Positions 20,646 to 29,231 of a DNA stretch of 64,000 nucleotides are shown here, in pieces; the stretch's first letter is position 1; each line of letters starts with the position of its first letter. A program made the position numbers and the translations under genes. The stretch spans positions 67,347 to 131,346 of the forward strand of contig JAXLXO010000007.1 of the NCBI GenBank assembly GCA_046327915.1, in the 5' to 3' direction. The notes under the pieces were generated by a model, which made no database searches, had not been told where the DNA came from, and saw only the letters and a program-made list of their open reading frames with translations. The DNA comes from Candidatus Binatia bacterium. GTDB lineage: Bacteria; Desulfobacterota; Binatia; UBA12015.

Positions 20646-23600
20646 GTGGACGGCGTGCAGCAGGACGAGACGACGCCGGGGGTCCGGTTCGATCCGCTCG
20701 TCGCGGGCTGGTTCGCCGACACGTTTCGTGGCGCGACGCCGCCGCAGGAGGCGGGCTGGCGTCACATCGCCGCCGGCCGCGACACGCTGATCGCCGCGCC
20801 GACCGGCTCCGGCAAGACGCTCGCCGCGTTCCTCTGGGCGATCGACGAACTGGTGCGCGAGGCGCGCGCGGGGACGCTCGCCGACGCGACGTCGGTGGTC
20901 TACGTCTCGCCGCTGAAGGCGCTCGGCAACGACATCGAGAAGAATCTCGCCGGGCCGCTCGCCGCGATCCGCGAGCGCGCCGACGCGGCCGGCGTCGATC
21001 TGCAGGGCATCCGCGTCGCCGTGCGCAGCGGCGACACGCCGCAGGCCGAGCGGCAGGCGATGCTGAAGCACCCGCCGCACGTGCTGATCACGACGCCGGA
21101 GTCGCTCTACATCCTGCTCACCGCGGAGAAGAGCCGTCAGATGCTGCAGTCGGCGCGGACGGTGATCGTGGACGAGATCCACGCCGTCGCGGGGGACAAG
21201 CGCGGCGCGCACCTGGCATTGACGCTCGCGCGACTCGACCTGCTCGCCGGACGCCGCCTGCAGCGCATCGGGCTGTCCGCGACGCAGAAGCCGATCGAGG
21301 AGATCGCCTCGCTGCTGGTCGGCACGGATCGCGTCGCCGACGACGGCACGCCCGACTGCGCCATCGTCGACACGGGCCACAAGCGCGCGATGGAGCTGTC
21401 GATCGAGACCACCGATCTCGAGCTCGGCGCGATCGCGTCGCACGAGCTGCGCGCGACGGTCTACGACCGCGTGGTCGAGCTGGTCGGACAGCACCGCACG
21501 ACGATCGTCTTCGTCAATACCAGACGCCTGGTCGAGCGCGTCGCGCACGCGCTCGGCGAGCGGCTCGGCGCGGAGCGCGTGGTCGCGCACCACGGCAGCC
21601 TGTCGCGGCGCATCCGGCTCGCGGCGGAGGAGAAGCTCAAGTCGGGCGAGGTCCCGGTCGTCGTCGCGACGGCGTCGCTCGAGCTCGGCATCGACGTCGG
21701 GCACGTGGACCTGGTGTGCCATCTGGGCGCGCCGCGTGCGCTGGCGACGCTCCTGCAGCGCGTCGGACGCTCGGGCCACTGGCTCGGCAGCGTGCCGAAG
21801 GGAGTCTTCTTCCCGTTCACGCGCGACGAGCTGATGCAGACCGCGGGGGCCGTGCGCGCGATCCGGCAGGGCGAGCTCGACCGCATCCGGATGCCCGAGA
21901 ATCCGCTCGACATCATGGCGCAGCAGATGGTCGCGACCGCGGCGTCGGAGGAGATCCGCACCGACGACCTGTTCGACCTCGTGCGCCGCGCCTGGCCGTT
22001 CCGGAATCTCGCACGCGAGGAGTTCGAGGAAATTCTCGAGATGCTCGCCGAGGGCGTCAGCACGCGGCGCGGACGCCGCTCCGCGCACCTGCACCACGAC
22101 CGCGTGCAGGAGCGCATTCGCGGCCGCCGCGGCGCCCGCCTCGCCGCGATCACCAGCGGCGGCGCGATCCCGGAGACCGCCGACTACGACGTCATCGAGG
22201 ACCCGACCGAGGCCAGGGTCGGCAAGGTCAACGAGGACTTCGCGATCGAGAGCATGCGCGGCGACATCTTCCTGCTCGGCAACCACTCGTGGCGCATCCG
22301 CCGCGTGGAGGCGGGAAAGGTTCGCGTCGAGGACGCCGGGCAGACGCCGCCGACCATCCCGTTCTGGATGGGCGAGGCGCCGGCGCGGACGCGCGAGCTG
22401 TCGCAAGCGGTCTCGGACCTCCGCCAGGCGATCCTCGACCGGCTGCAGGATCAGGAGGAGGCGGTCGCGTTCCTGATCGAGGAGTGCGGGCTCGATGCGG
22501 GCGGAGCGCAGCAGCTCGTCGAGTACGTCGCGGCGACGGTCGCGGTGCTGGGAACGGTCCCGACCTGCGAGCGCGTGGTCGCCGAGCGCTTCTTCGACGA
22601 GAGCGGCGGCATGCAGCTCGTCCTCCACGCGCCGTTCGGCGGTGCGATCAACCGCGCGTTCGGGCTCGCGCTACGGAAGTCCTTCTGCGTCGGATTCGAC
22701 TTCGAGCTCCAGGCCGCCGCGACCGACGACGGCATCGTGCTCTCGCTCGGCGAGCAGCACAGCTTCCCGCTCGACGGCGTGTTCGGCATGGTGCGCCGCA
22801 ACCGCCTCGACGACGACCTGATCCAGGCCGTGCTGCAGGCGCCGATGTTCGGCACGCGCTGGCGCTGGAACGCGAGTCGCGCACTCGCGCTGCTGCGGCA
22901 CCAGGGCGGCAAGAAGGTTCCGATGAACATCCAGCGCATGCGGGCGGACGACCTGCTCGCGGCGGTGTTTCCGGCGCAGCAGGGCTGCGGCGACAATCGC
23001 ACCGGGCCGATCGAGCCCGTGGATCACCCGCTGGTCAACGAGACGCTCGACAACTGCCTGCACGAGGCGATGGACACCGAGGGCCTGCGCGCGATCCTGC
23101 AGCGCATCGACGCGGGCGAGATCCGCACCGTCGCCGTCGAGACCGCGGCGCCGTCGCAGATGGCGCACGAGCTGCTGAACGCCTACCCGTACGCCTTCCT
23201 CGACGACGCGCCGCTCGAGGAGCGTCGTGCGCGCGCCGTCAATCTCAGACGCACCGACACGAGCCTCGCACAGGGGATCGGCGCGCTCGATCAGGCCGCG
23301 ATCGACGAGGTGCGCGAGCAGGCGTGGCCCGACGTCCGCGACGCCGACGAGCTGCACGACGCGCTCCAGGGCTTCGGCTGGCTGGCGCTCGACGAGGTGA
23401 GCCCGGAGTGGCGCGGCTGGCTCGACGAGCTGATCGCCACGCGACGTGCGACCGTCGCGCGCTGGACGGCGGCCGACGGCACGGAGCGCGCGGCGGCGGT
23501 GAGCGCCGAGCGCAGCCTCGTCATGCGCCGCGCGCTGCCCGAGGTCCGCTTCGCCTCGGCGATCGAGGCACCGCGCGGATCGCCGGATCCGGCCGAGGAG

Positions 23601-25004
23601 GAGGGAGCGCTCGACGCCGTCGTGCGCGGCTGGATGCAGTGCACGGGCCCGATCACGACGGCCCGGCTCGCGCAGCGGCTCGGGCTGCGAACGACGGCGG
23701 TCGAGGCCACGCTCGCGCGCTGCGAGCTCGACGGGTGCGCGCTGCGCGGACGCTTCACCCCGGGCGGCACGGAAGAGGAGTGGTGCGAGCGCCGCCTGCT
23801 GGCGCGCATCCACCGCCTGACGCTGGGCCGGCTGCGGCGCGAGATCGACCCTGTCTCGATCGCCGACTTCACGCGCTACCTGTTCCGCTGGCAGCACGTA
23901 GCGTCCGGCACGCAGCTGCACGGGCGCGACGGGCTGGCGACCATCGTCGCGCAGCTGCACGGAATCGAGATCCCGGCGCCGGCGTGGGAGCGCAGCGTGT
24001 TCCCGCTGCGGGTCCACGAGTACGCCCCGCACCTGCTCGACGACCTCTGCTTCTCGGGCGTCGCCGCGTGGGGCCGCTTCTCGCCGCCGGCGTCGGAGTC
24101 GGGCGCGTTGCCGGGACAGCGCCGGCGCCGCACGGCGCCGACGCGCAACGCACCGCTCGCGGTGGCGCTGCGCGAGGAGCTCGGCACGCTGCTCACGGCG
24201 GCGGCGCTGCGCGAGCCGGACGCAGGTGTCACGAGCCGGCTTTCGCGCGCCGCGCGCGACGTGCTCGACGTGCTGCGCCGCGACGGCGCGTCGTTCCTCG
24301 GGGACGTCGCACGCGCGGCCGGCCTCCTGCCGACGGCCGCGGAAGAAGCGCTCTGGGAGCTGGTCGCGCGCGGCCTCGTCACCGGCGACGGCTTTGCGGG
24401 CCTGCGCACGCTGCTGACACCCGAGGAGAAGCGCCGCCCCGAGCGCCGCCTGCGCGCGCTGCGCGGCGGACGCGCGCCGGCGCGCACGCTGCCCGTCGGA
24501 CGCTGGGCGCTGCTGCGTCCGCGCGCCGCCGACGTCGAGCTCGTCAAGCACGATCCGCGCGACCCGCGCTTCGAGCAGCGTACGGACGAGAACGCCGAGG
24601 CGATGGCGCGCGTGCTGCTGCGCCGCTACGGCGTCGTGCTGCGCGAGCTGACGGTCCGCGAGGCGCTCGCGCCGCCCTGGCGGCATCTCCTGGTCGCGCT
24701 GCGGCGCATGGAGGCGCGCGGCGAGATCCGGGGCGGACGCTTCGTGTCGGGGCTCATCGGCGAGCAGTTCGCCCTGCCGGAAGCGGTCGAGGCGCTGCGT
24801 GCGACGCGGCGGCTGCAGGACGAGGGCGGGATCGTCATGATCGCCGCCGCCGACCCGCTGAACCTGGTCGGCATCCTGACGCCGGGCGCGCGCGTGCCGG
24901 CGACCAGCGGACAGGTGATCGCGTTCCAGCGCGGCGTGCCGATCGAGTCCGGCGAGCTCGGCGCGGTGCGGAGCCGTCTGCAGAGCCACGCGCAGGGTGC
25001 TTGA
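20646..25004 (+). CDS. lhr: Lhr-family ATP-dependent DEAD/DEAH helicase, about 1450 aa.
   Basis: Walker A APTGSGKT, DEIH box, SATQ, helicase-C motifs (HHGSLSR, VVVATASLELGIDV, QRVGRSGH), plus the long Lhr C-terminal extension. The GTG start at 20646 is inferred. Confidence 0.88.
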   Translation: MDGVQQDETTPGVRFDPLVAGWFADTFRGATPPQEAGWRHIAAGRDTLIAAPTGSGKTLAAFLWAIDELVREARAGTLADATSVVYVSPLKALGNDIEKNLAGPLAAIRERADAAGVDLQGIRVAVRSGDTPQAERQAMLKHPPHVLITTPESLYILLTAEKSRQMLQSARTVIVDEIHAVAGDKRGAHLALTLARLDLLAGRRLQRIGLSATQKPIEEIASLLVGTDRVADDGTPDCAIVDTGHKRAMELSIETTDLELGAIASHELRATVYDRVVELVGQHRTTIVFVNTRRLVERVAHALGERLGAERVVAHHGSLSRRIRLAAEEKLKSGEVPVVVATASLELGIDVGHVDLVCHLGAPRALATLLQRVGRSGHWLGSVPKGVFFPFTRDELMQTAGAVRAIRQGELDRIRMPENPLDIMAQQMVATAASEEIRTDDLFDLVRRAWPFRNLAREEFEEILEMLAEGVSTRRGRRSAHLHHDRVQERIRGRRGARLAAITSGGAIPETADYDVIEDPTEARVGKVNEDFAIESMRGDIFLLGNHSWRIRRVEAGKVRVEDAGQTPPTIPFWMGEAPARTRELSQAVSDLRQAILDRLQDQEEAVAFLIEECGLDAGGAQQLVEYVAATVAVLGTVPTCERVVAERFFDESGGMQLVLHAPFGGAINRAFGLALRKSFCVGFDFELQAAATDDGIVLSLGEQHSFPLDGVFGMVRRNRLDDDLIQAVLQAPMFGTRWRWNASRALALLRHQGGKKVPMNIQRMRADDLLAAVFPAQQGCGDNRTGPIEPVDHPLVNETLDNCLHEAMDTEGLRAILQRIDAGEIRTVAVETAAPSQMAHELLNAYPYAFLDDAPLEERRARAVNLRRTDTSLAQGIGALDQAAIDEVREQAWPDVRDADELHDALQGFGWLALDEVSPEWRGWLDELIATRRATVARWTAADGTERAAAVSAERSLVMRRALPEVRFASAIEAPRGSPDPAEEEGALDAVVRGWMQCTGPITTARLAQRLGLRTTAVEATLARCELDGCALRGRFTPGGTEEEWCERRLLARIHRLTLGRLRREIDPVSIADFTRYLFRWQHVASGTQLHGRDGLATIVAQLHGIEIPAPAWERSVFPLRVHEYAPHLLDDLCFSGVAAWGRFSPPASESGALPGQRRRRTAPTRNAPLAVALREELGTLLTAAALREPDAGVTSRLSRAARDVLDVLRRDGASFLGDVARAAGLLPTAAEEALWELVARGLVTGDGFAGLRTLLTPEEKRRPERRLRALRGGRAPARTLPVGRWALLRPRAADVELVKHDPRDPRFEQRTDENAEAMARVLLRRYGVVLRELTVREALAPPWRHLLVALRRMEARGEIRGGRFVSGLIGEQFALPEAVEALRATRRLQDEGGIVMIAAADPLNLVGILTPGARVPATSGQVIAFQRGVPIESGELGAVRSRLQSHAQGA

Positions 25005-25025
25005 CGGCCGGCTTCGCGCCGCGGG

Positions 25026-25913
25026 TCAGCCGCGCGCGGCGCGAACCCGGGCGACGAACACGAGGCCGAGGGCCAGCAGAGGGAGGCAGGCCCACTGCGC
25101 CGGCGTGAGCCCCGCGTAGGTCGCGTCGCGCACGCGCAGGAAGTCGAGCGCGAAGCGCACCGGCGCGTAGCTGGTCGCGGCGACGGCGACGACCCAGCCG
25201 GCCGGCCGCCGGACGCGCGTGCCGAGCTGCACCACGGCGAACAGCACGATGGTGTACAGCAGCTCGTACAGGCCGAGGTCGTGCCGCACGACGCCGCCCA
25301 TCGACACGCCGAGCGGGAACGTCGTCTCGAGCCCCGGGTGGTCGTGCACCGAGAAGCACGCGAGGCGTCCGAACAGCCAGCCGCCGATGAAGCCGTACAG
25401 CGTGCACTCGAGCCCGCGCAGCAGCGGCACGCCGTGCCGCCGGAACGCGATCGCGGCGGTCAGGCCGCCGCAGACGAAGCCGCCGAAGGACGAGTAGTCG
25501 CTGCGGAAGTCGAGCAGCACGGACGGCTCGAAGAAGCGGCGCGGCTGGTAGAACGCGACGTCGAGCACGTGCGAGCCGACGAAGCCGATCACCAGCATCC
25601 AGCCGACGGCGGCGAAGACGTCCTCCCAGACGAGCCCGAAGCGGTCGGCCCAGCGGTGCATGAGGTGGATGCCGAAGAGCACCCCGAGAGAGACCAGGGG
25701 TCCGAACGGCGCGAGCGTGAGGGGTCCCAGGTGGATCAGTCCGATCTCGCTCGCGCCGAGCACGAAGTTCCGCACGAGGAGTGCTGCGAAGAGCGTCGCG
25801 AACAGCGCAAGCCACAGCGCGGTCGCGACATCGCGTCCCGCCCCAGCGCCGGACTCGGCCGTGGCACCGGTCGCAGCACTCGTCGGATCACCGCTGCGCC
25901 GCGTTCCTGCCAC
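25026..25913 (-). CDS. lgt: Prolipoprotein diacylglyceryl transferase.
   Basis: Polytopic, with Lgt-like blocks (LGPLTLAPFGPLVSLGVLFG, FGGFVCGGLTAAIAF, LGLYELLYTIVLFAVV, RFALDFLRVRDA). Confidence 0.8.
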   Translation of the reverse strand: MAGTRRSGDPTSAATGATAESGAGAGRDVATALWLALFATLFAALLVRNFVLGASEIGLIHLGPLTLAPFGPLVSLGVLFGIHLMHRWADRFGLVWEDVFAAVGWMLVIGFVGSHVLDVAFYQPRRFFEPSVLLDFRSDYSSFGGFVCGGLTAAIAFRRHGVPLLRGLECTLYGFIGGWLFGRLACFSVHDHPGLETTFPLGVSMGGVVRHDLGLYELLYTIVLFAVVQLGTRVRRPAGWVVAVAATSYAPVRFALDFLRVRDATYAGLTPAQWACLPLLALGLVFVARVRAARG

Positions 25914-25993
25914 CCGAGAACTCTACGCAGATCCGGTTCACGTTGCGATCCACCGCACGGCGAAGCGCTGCCGTCTCTGCTAGTTCGACCGGG

Positions 25994-27928
25994 ATGCAGC
26001 CGGCCACCATCGGCACCGCCGGTCCCGCCGGCCACGGCAAGACCGCGCTGGTGCGCGCCCTGTCCGGGCTTCCCGCGGGCGGAGGCGACGCACCCGCCGA
26101 GCCGACGGTCGACCTCGGCTTCGGCTACCACGAGATCGCCGGTCGGCGCTTCGGCGTGGTCGATCTGCCCGGTACGTCGCGTCTCGTCCGGGGGCTCATC
26201 GCAGACGTGCACGGCATCGACCTCGTCCTCCTGGTGGTCGCGGCCGATGCCGGGGTCCTGCCGCAGACCGGGGAGTGCCTCGACATCCTGCACCTGCTCG
26301 ACGCGCGCGACGTCGTCTTCGTGATCACGAAGACGGACCTCGCGGACGCGGCGCGCGTCGACGAGGTCCGCGCGCAGATCGCGACGCTGGCGCGCAGCTC
26401 GCGCTTCGAGAGCGCTCCGGTGCACGCGGTGTCGTGCGTCGATGGAGCGGGCATCGCGGACCTGCGGGCGGAGATCCAGCGCCGTACGGCGCAGCCCGCA
26501 CCGCGTCCCGCCGACGGCTGGTTCCGGATGTTCATCGACCGCTGCTTCCACGTCGCGGGGCGCGGCTTGACGGTGACCGGCACCGTTCTCGCGGGCCGCA
26601 TCCGCCCCGGCGACCCGGTCGCGCTGCGGCCGGGCGGTGTCGTCGGCGACGTGGCGAGCGTGCAGGTGCACGGGCAGAGCGTGCCGGAGGCGACGGTCGG
26701 GCAGCGCGTGGCGGTCCGGCTCGCGGGCACCGATCGCAAGATCGTGCGGCGCGGCGTCGTGCTCGCGGACGCCCGCGTCGAGTTCGCGACCGATCGCGTC
26801 GACTGCTGGATCGAGGTGCGGCCGGGCGCGCAGAAGCCTCTCAAGTCGTTCGAGCGCGTCGAGATCGACCTCGGCACGGTCGAGACCGCCGGCAGCGTGG
26901 TCGTGCTCGAGCCCGGCGACACCCTTGCCCCCGGATCGGCCGGCTTCTGCCAGGTGACGCTCGATCGCGAGATGATTCTCGCGCTCGGCGACCGCTTCGT
27001 GCTGCGTCCGCAGAACGGCACGCGCACCTCTGCGGGCGGCGTGGTCGTGCATCCGTTCGCGGTACGGCACGCGAGCACCGAGCGCAGCGTGACGGAGCGT
27101 CTCGCGCGGCTGCGTTCTTCCGCTCTGCCCGCGCGCGTGCTGGCGTTCCATCAGTTGCTGCCGGAGCTCGCCTCGCCCGTCGCGTACGCCGCGCAGGCGC
27201 TCGGCTGCACGGTCGAGGACGTCCGTCGCGCGGCCGGCGGGATTCCCGACCTGCTCGCGCTGCCGGGCGAGCCGGCCGACGCCTACGCGCTGCGCGAGCG
27301 CTGGGCGAAGCTCGCGGCGAGCGCCGAGGACGTCCTCGGACGCCAGCACCGCGCGCACCCGGAACAGACCGGCATCGACGCCGAGGCATTGCGCTCGGGC
27401 CTGCGCGTACCCGTCCCGCCGCGCCTCCTCGATGCGGTCATCGCCCGCCTGACGACGGAGCGCGTGATCGCCCGCGACGGCGACCTGCTGCGGCTGCCGC
27501 AGCACCAGCCGAGCGCGGCGCCCGTTCCGCCGCCGCCGCGCAAGTCGGTCGCACGCTCGGTGCCGGCCGGCGATCCCGTGTCCCGCATCCGCCGCGCGCT
27601 CGACGCCGGCGGTGCGACGCCGCCCGATCTCCGCCAGCTCGCCGAGGCGACCGGCCTCGCGATCGAACGGGTCACCGAGATCGTCGAGGAGCTCGTCCGC
27701 ACCGGAGACGCGGTGCGGATCAGCGACGACGTCGCCTTCGGCCGCGACGCCTACGCCCGCGCCCGCGAGCAGATCGTCGAGCTCCTCGCGACGAAGCCCG
27801 AGATCACCATGGGCGAGTACCGCACGCGCATCGGCTCGAGCCGCAAGTACGCCCTCGCCCTCCTCGAGCACTTCGACGCCGACGGCCTCACCGTCCGCAT
27901 CGGCGACGCCCGCCGCCTCAAATCCTGA
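25994..27928 (+). CDS. selB: Selenocysteine-specific translation elongation factor SelB.
   Basis: G-domain GHGKT...DLPG...TKTD, EF-Tu-like domains II/III, and C-terminal winged-helix SECIS-binding modules (SSRKYALALLEHFDADGLTVRIGDARRL). Confidence 0.9.
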   Translation: MQPATIGTAGPAGHGKTALVRALSGLPAGGGDAPAEPTVDLGFGYHEIAGRRFGVVDLPGTSRLVRGLIADVHGIDLVLLVVAADAGVLPQTGECLDILHLLDARDVVFVITKTDLADAARVDEVRAQIATLARSSRFESAPVHAVSCVDGAGIADLRAEIQRRTAQPAPRPADGWFRMFIDRCFHVAGRGLTVTGTVLAGRIRPGDPVALRPGGVVGDVASVQVHGQSVPEATVGQRVAVRLAGTDRKIVRRGVVLADARVEFATDRVDCWIEVRPGAQKPLKSFERVEIDLGTVETAGSVVVLEPGDTLAPGSAGFCQVTLDREMILALGDRFVLRPQNGTRTSAGGVVVHPFAVRHASTERSVTERLARLRSSALPARVLAFHQLLPELASPVAYAAQALGCTVEDVRRAAGGIPDLLALPGEPADAYALRERWAKLAASAEDVLGRQHRAHPEQTGIDAEALRSGLRVPVPPRLLDAVIARLTTERVIARDGDLLRLPQHQPSAAPVPPPPRKSVARSVPAGDPVSRIRRALDAGGATPPDLRQLAEATGLAIERVTEIVEELVRTGDAVRISDDVAFGRDAYARAREQIVELLATKPEITMGEYRTRIGSSRKYALALLEHFDADGLTVRIGDARRLKS

Positions 27929-28075
27929 CGCCGCGCGCCGTCGTCGAGTACGTGCGGGGGCACGCACCCGGGCACGACCTCCCACCGCCACCACCTCGTG
28001 CACGCGAGGCGAAGCCGAGCGCCGAGCGAAGCGAGCGCGGGGAGTGGGACCCTGCGCGGCTTCGCCGCGCAGGGC

Positions 28076-28100
28076 GAGGGGCGCGTGGCCCCTCGTTTGA
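28076..28100 (+). terminator. GC-rich hairpin GAGGGGC-GCGTG-GCCCCTC followed by GTTTGA. Candidate intrinsic terminator in the convergent selB/ppiC gap.
   Basis: Read directly. It lies 2 nt from the stop of the minus-strand PPIase gene and about 148 nt after the selB stop. The U-tract is weak. Confidence 0.3.
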
Positions 28101-28101
28101 A

Positions 28102-29073
28102 TCAGTGCCCGCCGTGCGGCGGCATCGTCACGGCGCCGGGGCTCGGCTCCGGAATCGACGCCGCGACGCGCTCGACGACGGCATCGTCGATCTGCAGGTT
28201 CGCCGCCTGCTTCAGCTGGTCGTAGTACGCCTTCGTCTTGTCCTGCATCGCCTCGTTGCGCAGCGTGGCGCGGATCTGCTCCTTCACCTGGTCGAACGGC
28301 CGCTGGTCGCCGTCGCGGCGCTCCTCGAGCTGGATGATGTGGTAGCCGTACGGCGTCTTGACGACCTCGCTGATCTCGCCGGGCGACTTGAGCGCGAACG
28401 CCGCGACCTCGAACTCGGGAACCATGCGGCCGCGGCCGAAGAAACCGAGATCGCCGCCCTTGCGCGCCGACGCGGTGTCGGCGGAGTTCGCCTTCGCGAG
28501 CTCGGCGAACTGGTCGGGAGCCTGCTTCAGCTGCGCCTGCAGCTCGTGCGCCTTCGCCTCGTCCTTGACGAGGATGTGCCGCGCCTTGATCGTCGTGGTC
28601 GAGTACTTGTCGCCGTTCGCGTCGTAGTACGCCTTCACCTGCTCGTCGGTCACCGGCGGCAGATCCTGCAGCTTCTTGACCACGCGCTGCACGACCAGGC
28701 GGCGGCGCAGGTCGTTCACCTGGCGCTCGATGTCCGGATCGTCGCCGAGCCCCTGCTTGACGCCCTCCTGGTAGAGGAGGTCGTTCAGCACGTAGTTCTC
28801 GATGAAGCGCTGGCGGGCGTCGGCGTCCATGGTGGCCCGCGACCGGGCAGGAAGACGCTGCAGCTCGACGACCAGCTCGTCGGACGTCAGCTGACCGCCG
28901 CCGTAGCGGGCCACGACCTCGCCGCCCTGCTTCGCCGGCGCGGGCGCAGCGGGCGCCGCGGCCGGCGCCTCGTGCGCGTGCAGGGCCGCGGGCGGCGGCG
29001 GGGCGCCACGGTCGCAGCCGCCGAGCACGAAGCCGGCAATGAGTCCCAGACAGAGCGAGATGCGCGCGAGCAT
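28102..29073 (-). CDS. Peptidyl-prolyl cis-trans isomerase, parvulin (PpiC) type. Lipoprotein, PrsA/SurA-like.
   Basis: Lipobox LIAGFVLGGC, then a chaperone-like helical region and a parvulin domain (ARHILVKDEAKA...GDLGFFGRGRMVPEFEVAAF...TPYGYHII). Confidence 0.85.
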   Translation of the reverse strand: MLARISLCLGLIAGFVLGGCDRGAPPPPAALHAHEAPAAAPAAPAPAKQGGEVVARYGGGQLTSDELVVELQRLPARSRATMDADARQRFIENYVLNDLLYQEGVKQGLGDDPDIERQVNDLRRRLVVQRVVKKLQDLPPVTDEQVKAYYDANGDKYSTTTIKARHILVKDEAKAHELQAQLKQAPDQFAELAKANSADTASARKGGDLGFFGRGRMVPEFEVAAFALKSPGEISEVVKTPYGYHIIQLEERRDGDQRPFDQVKEQIRATLRNEAMQDKTKAYYDQLKQAANLQIDDAVVERVAASIPEPSPGAVTMPPHGGH

Positions 29074-29231
29074 GCTCCAGCAATTACTGGAAAGCCGAAG
29101 GCGTTCAACGGTCGCGGGACGCCTCCACGCCCCATGCCGGAGCAACCGCTGCAGGAATTGACCGGGCGCGACCCACTCGGCTAAACCTCGCCTCGGTCTG
29201 GCCCGACGCGGCCCGTGCGCGCCGACTCGCG

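Noticed and set aside
20516-25108. 1530-aa alternative-frame ORF overlapping lhr.
   Set aside because: Arg/Ala/Gly/Pro low-complexity. The frame starting at 20646 carries all helicase motifs.
25914-25993. Looked for tRNA-Sec (selC) or any tRNA next to selB and in all intergenic gaps of 75 nt or more (3741-3890, 9142-9304, 20496-20645, 27929-28101, 29074-29231, 30561-30754, 46735-46882, 51433-51963, 55488-55650, 56254-56363, 61140-61258).
   Set aside because: No cloverleaf-compatible sequence or GTTCGAATC-type T-loop was seen by eye. A proper tRNAscan is needed to be certain.
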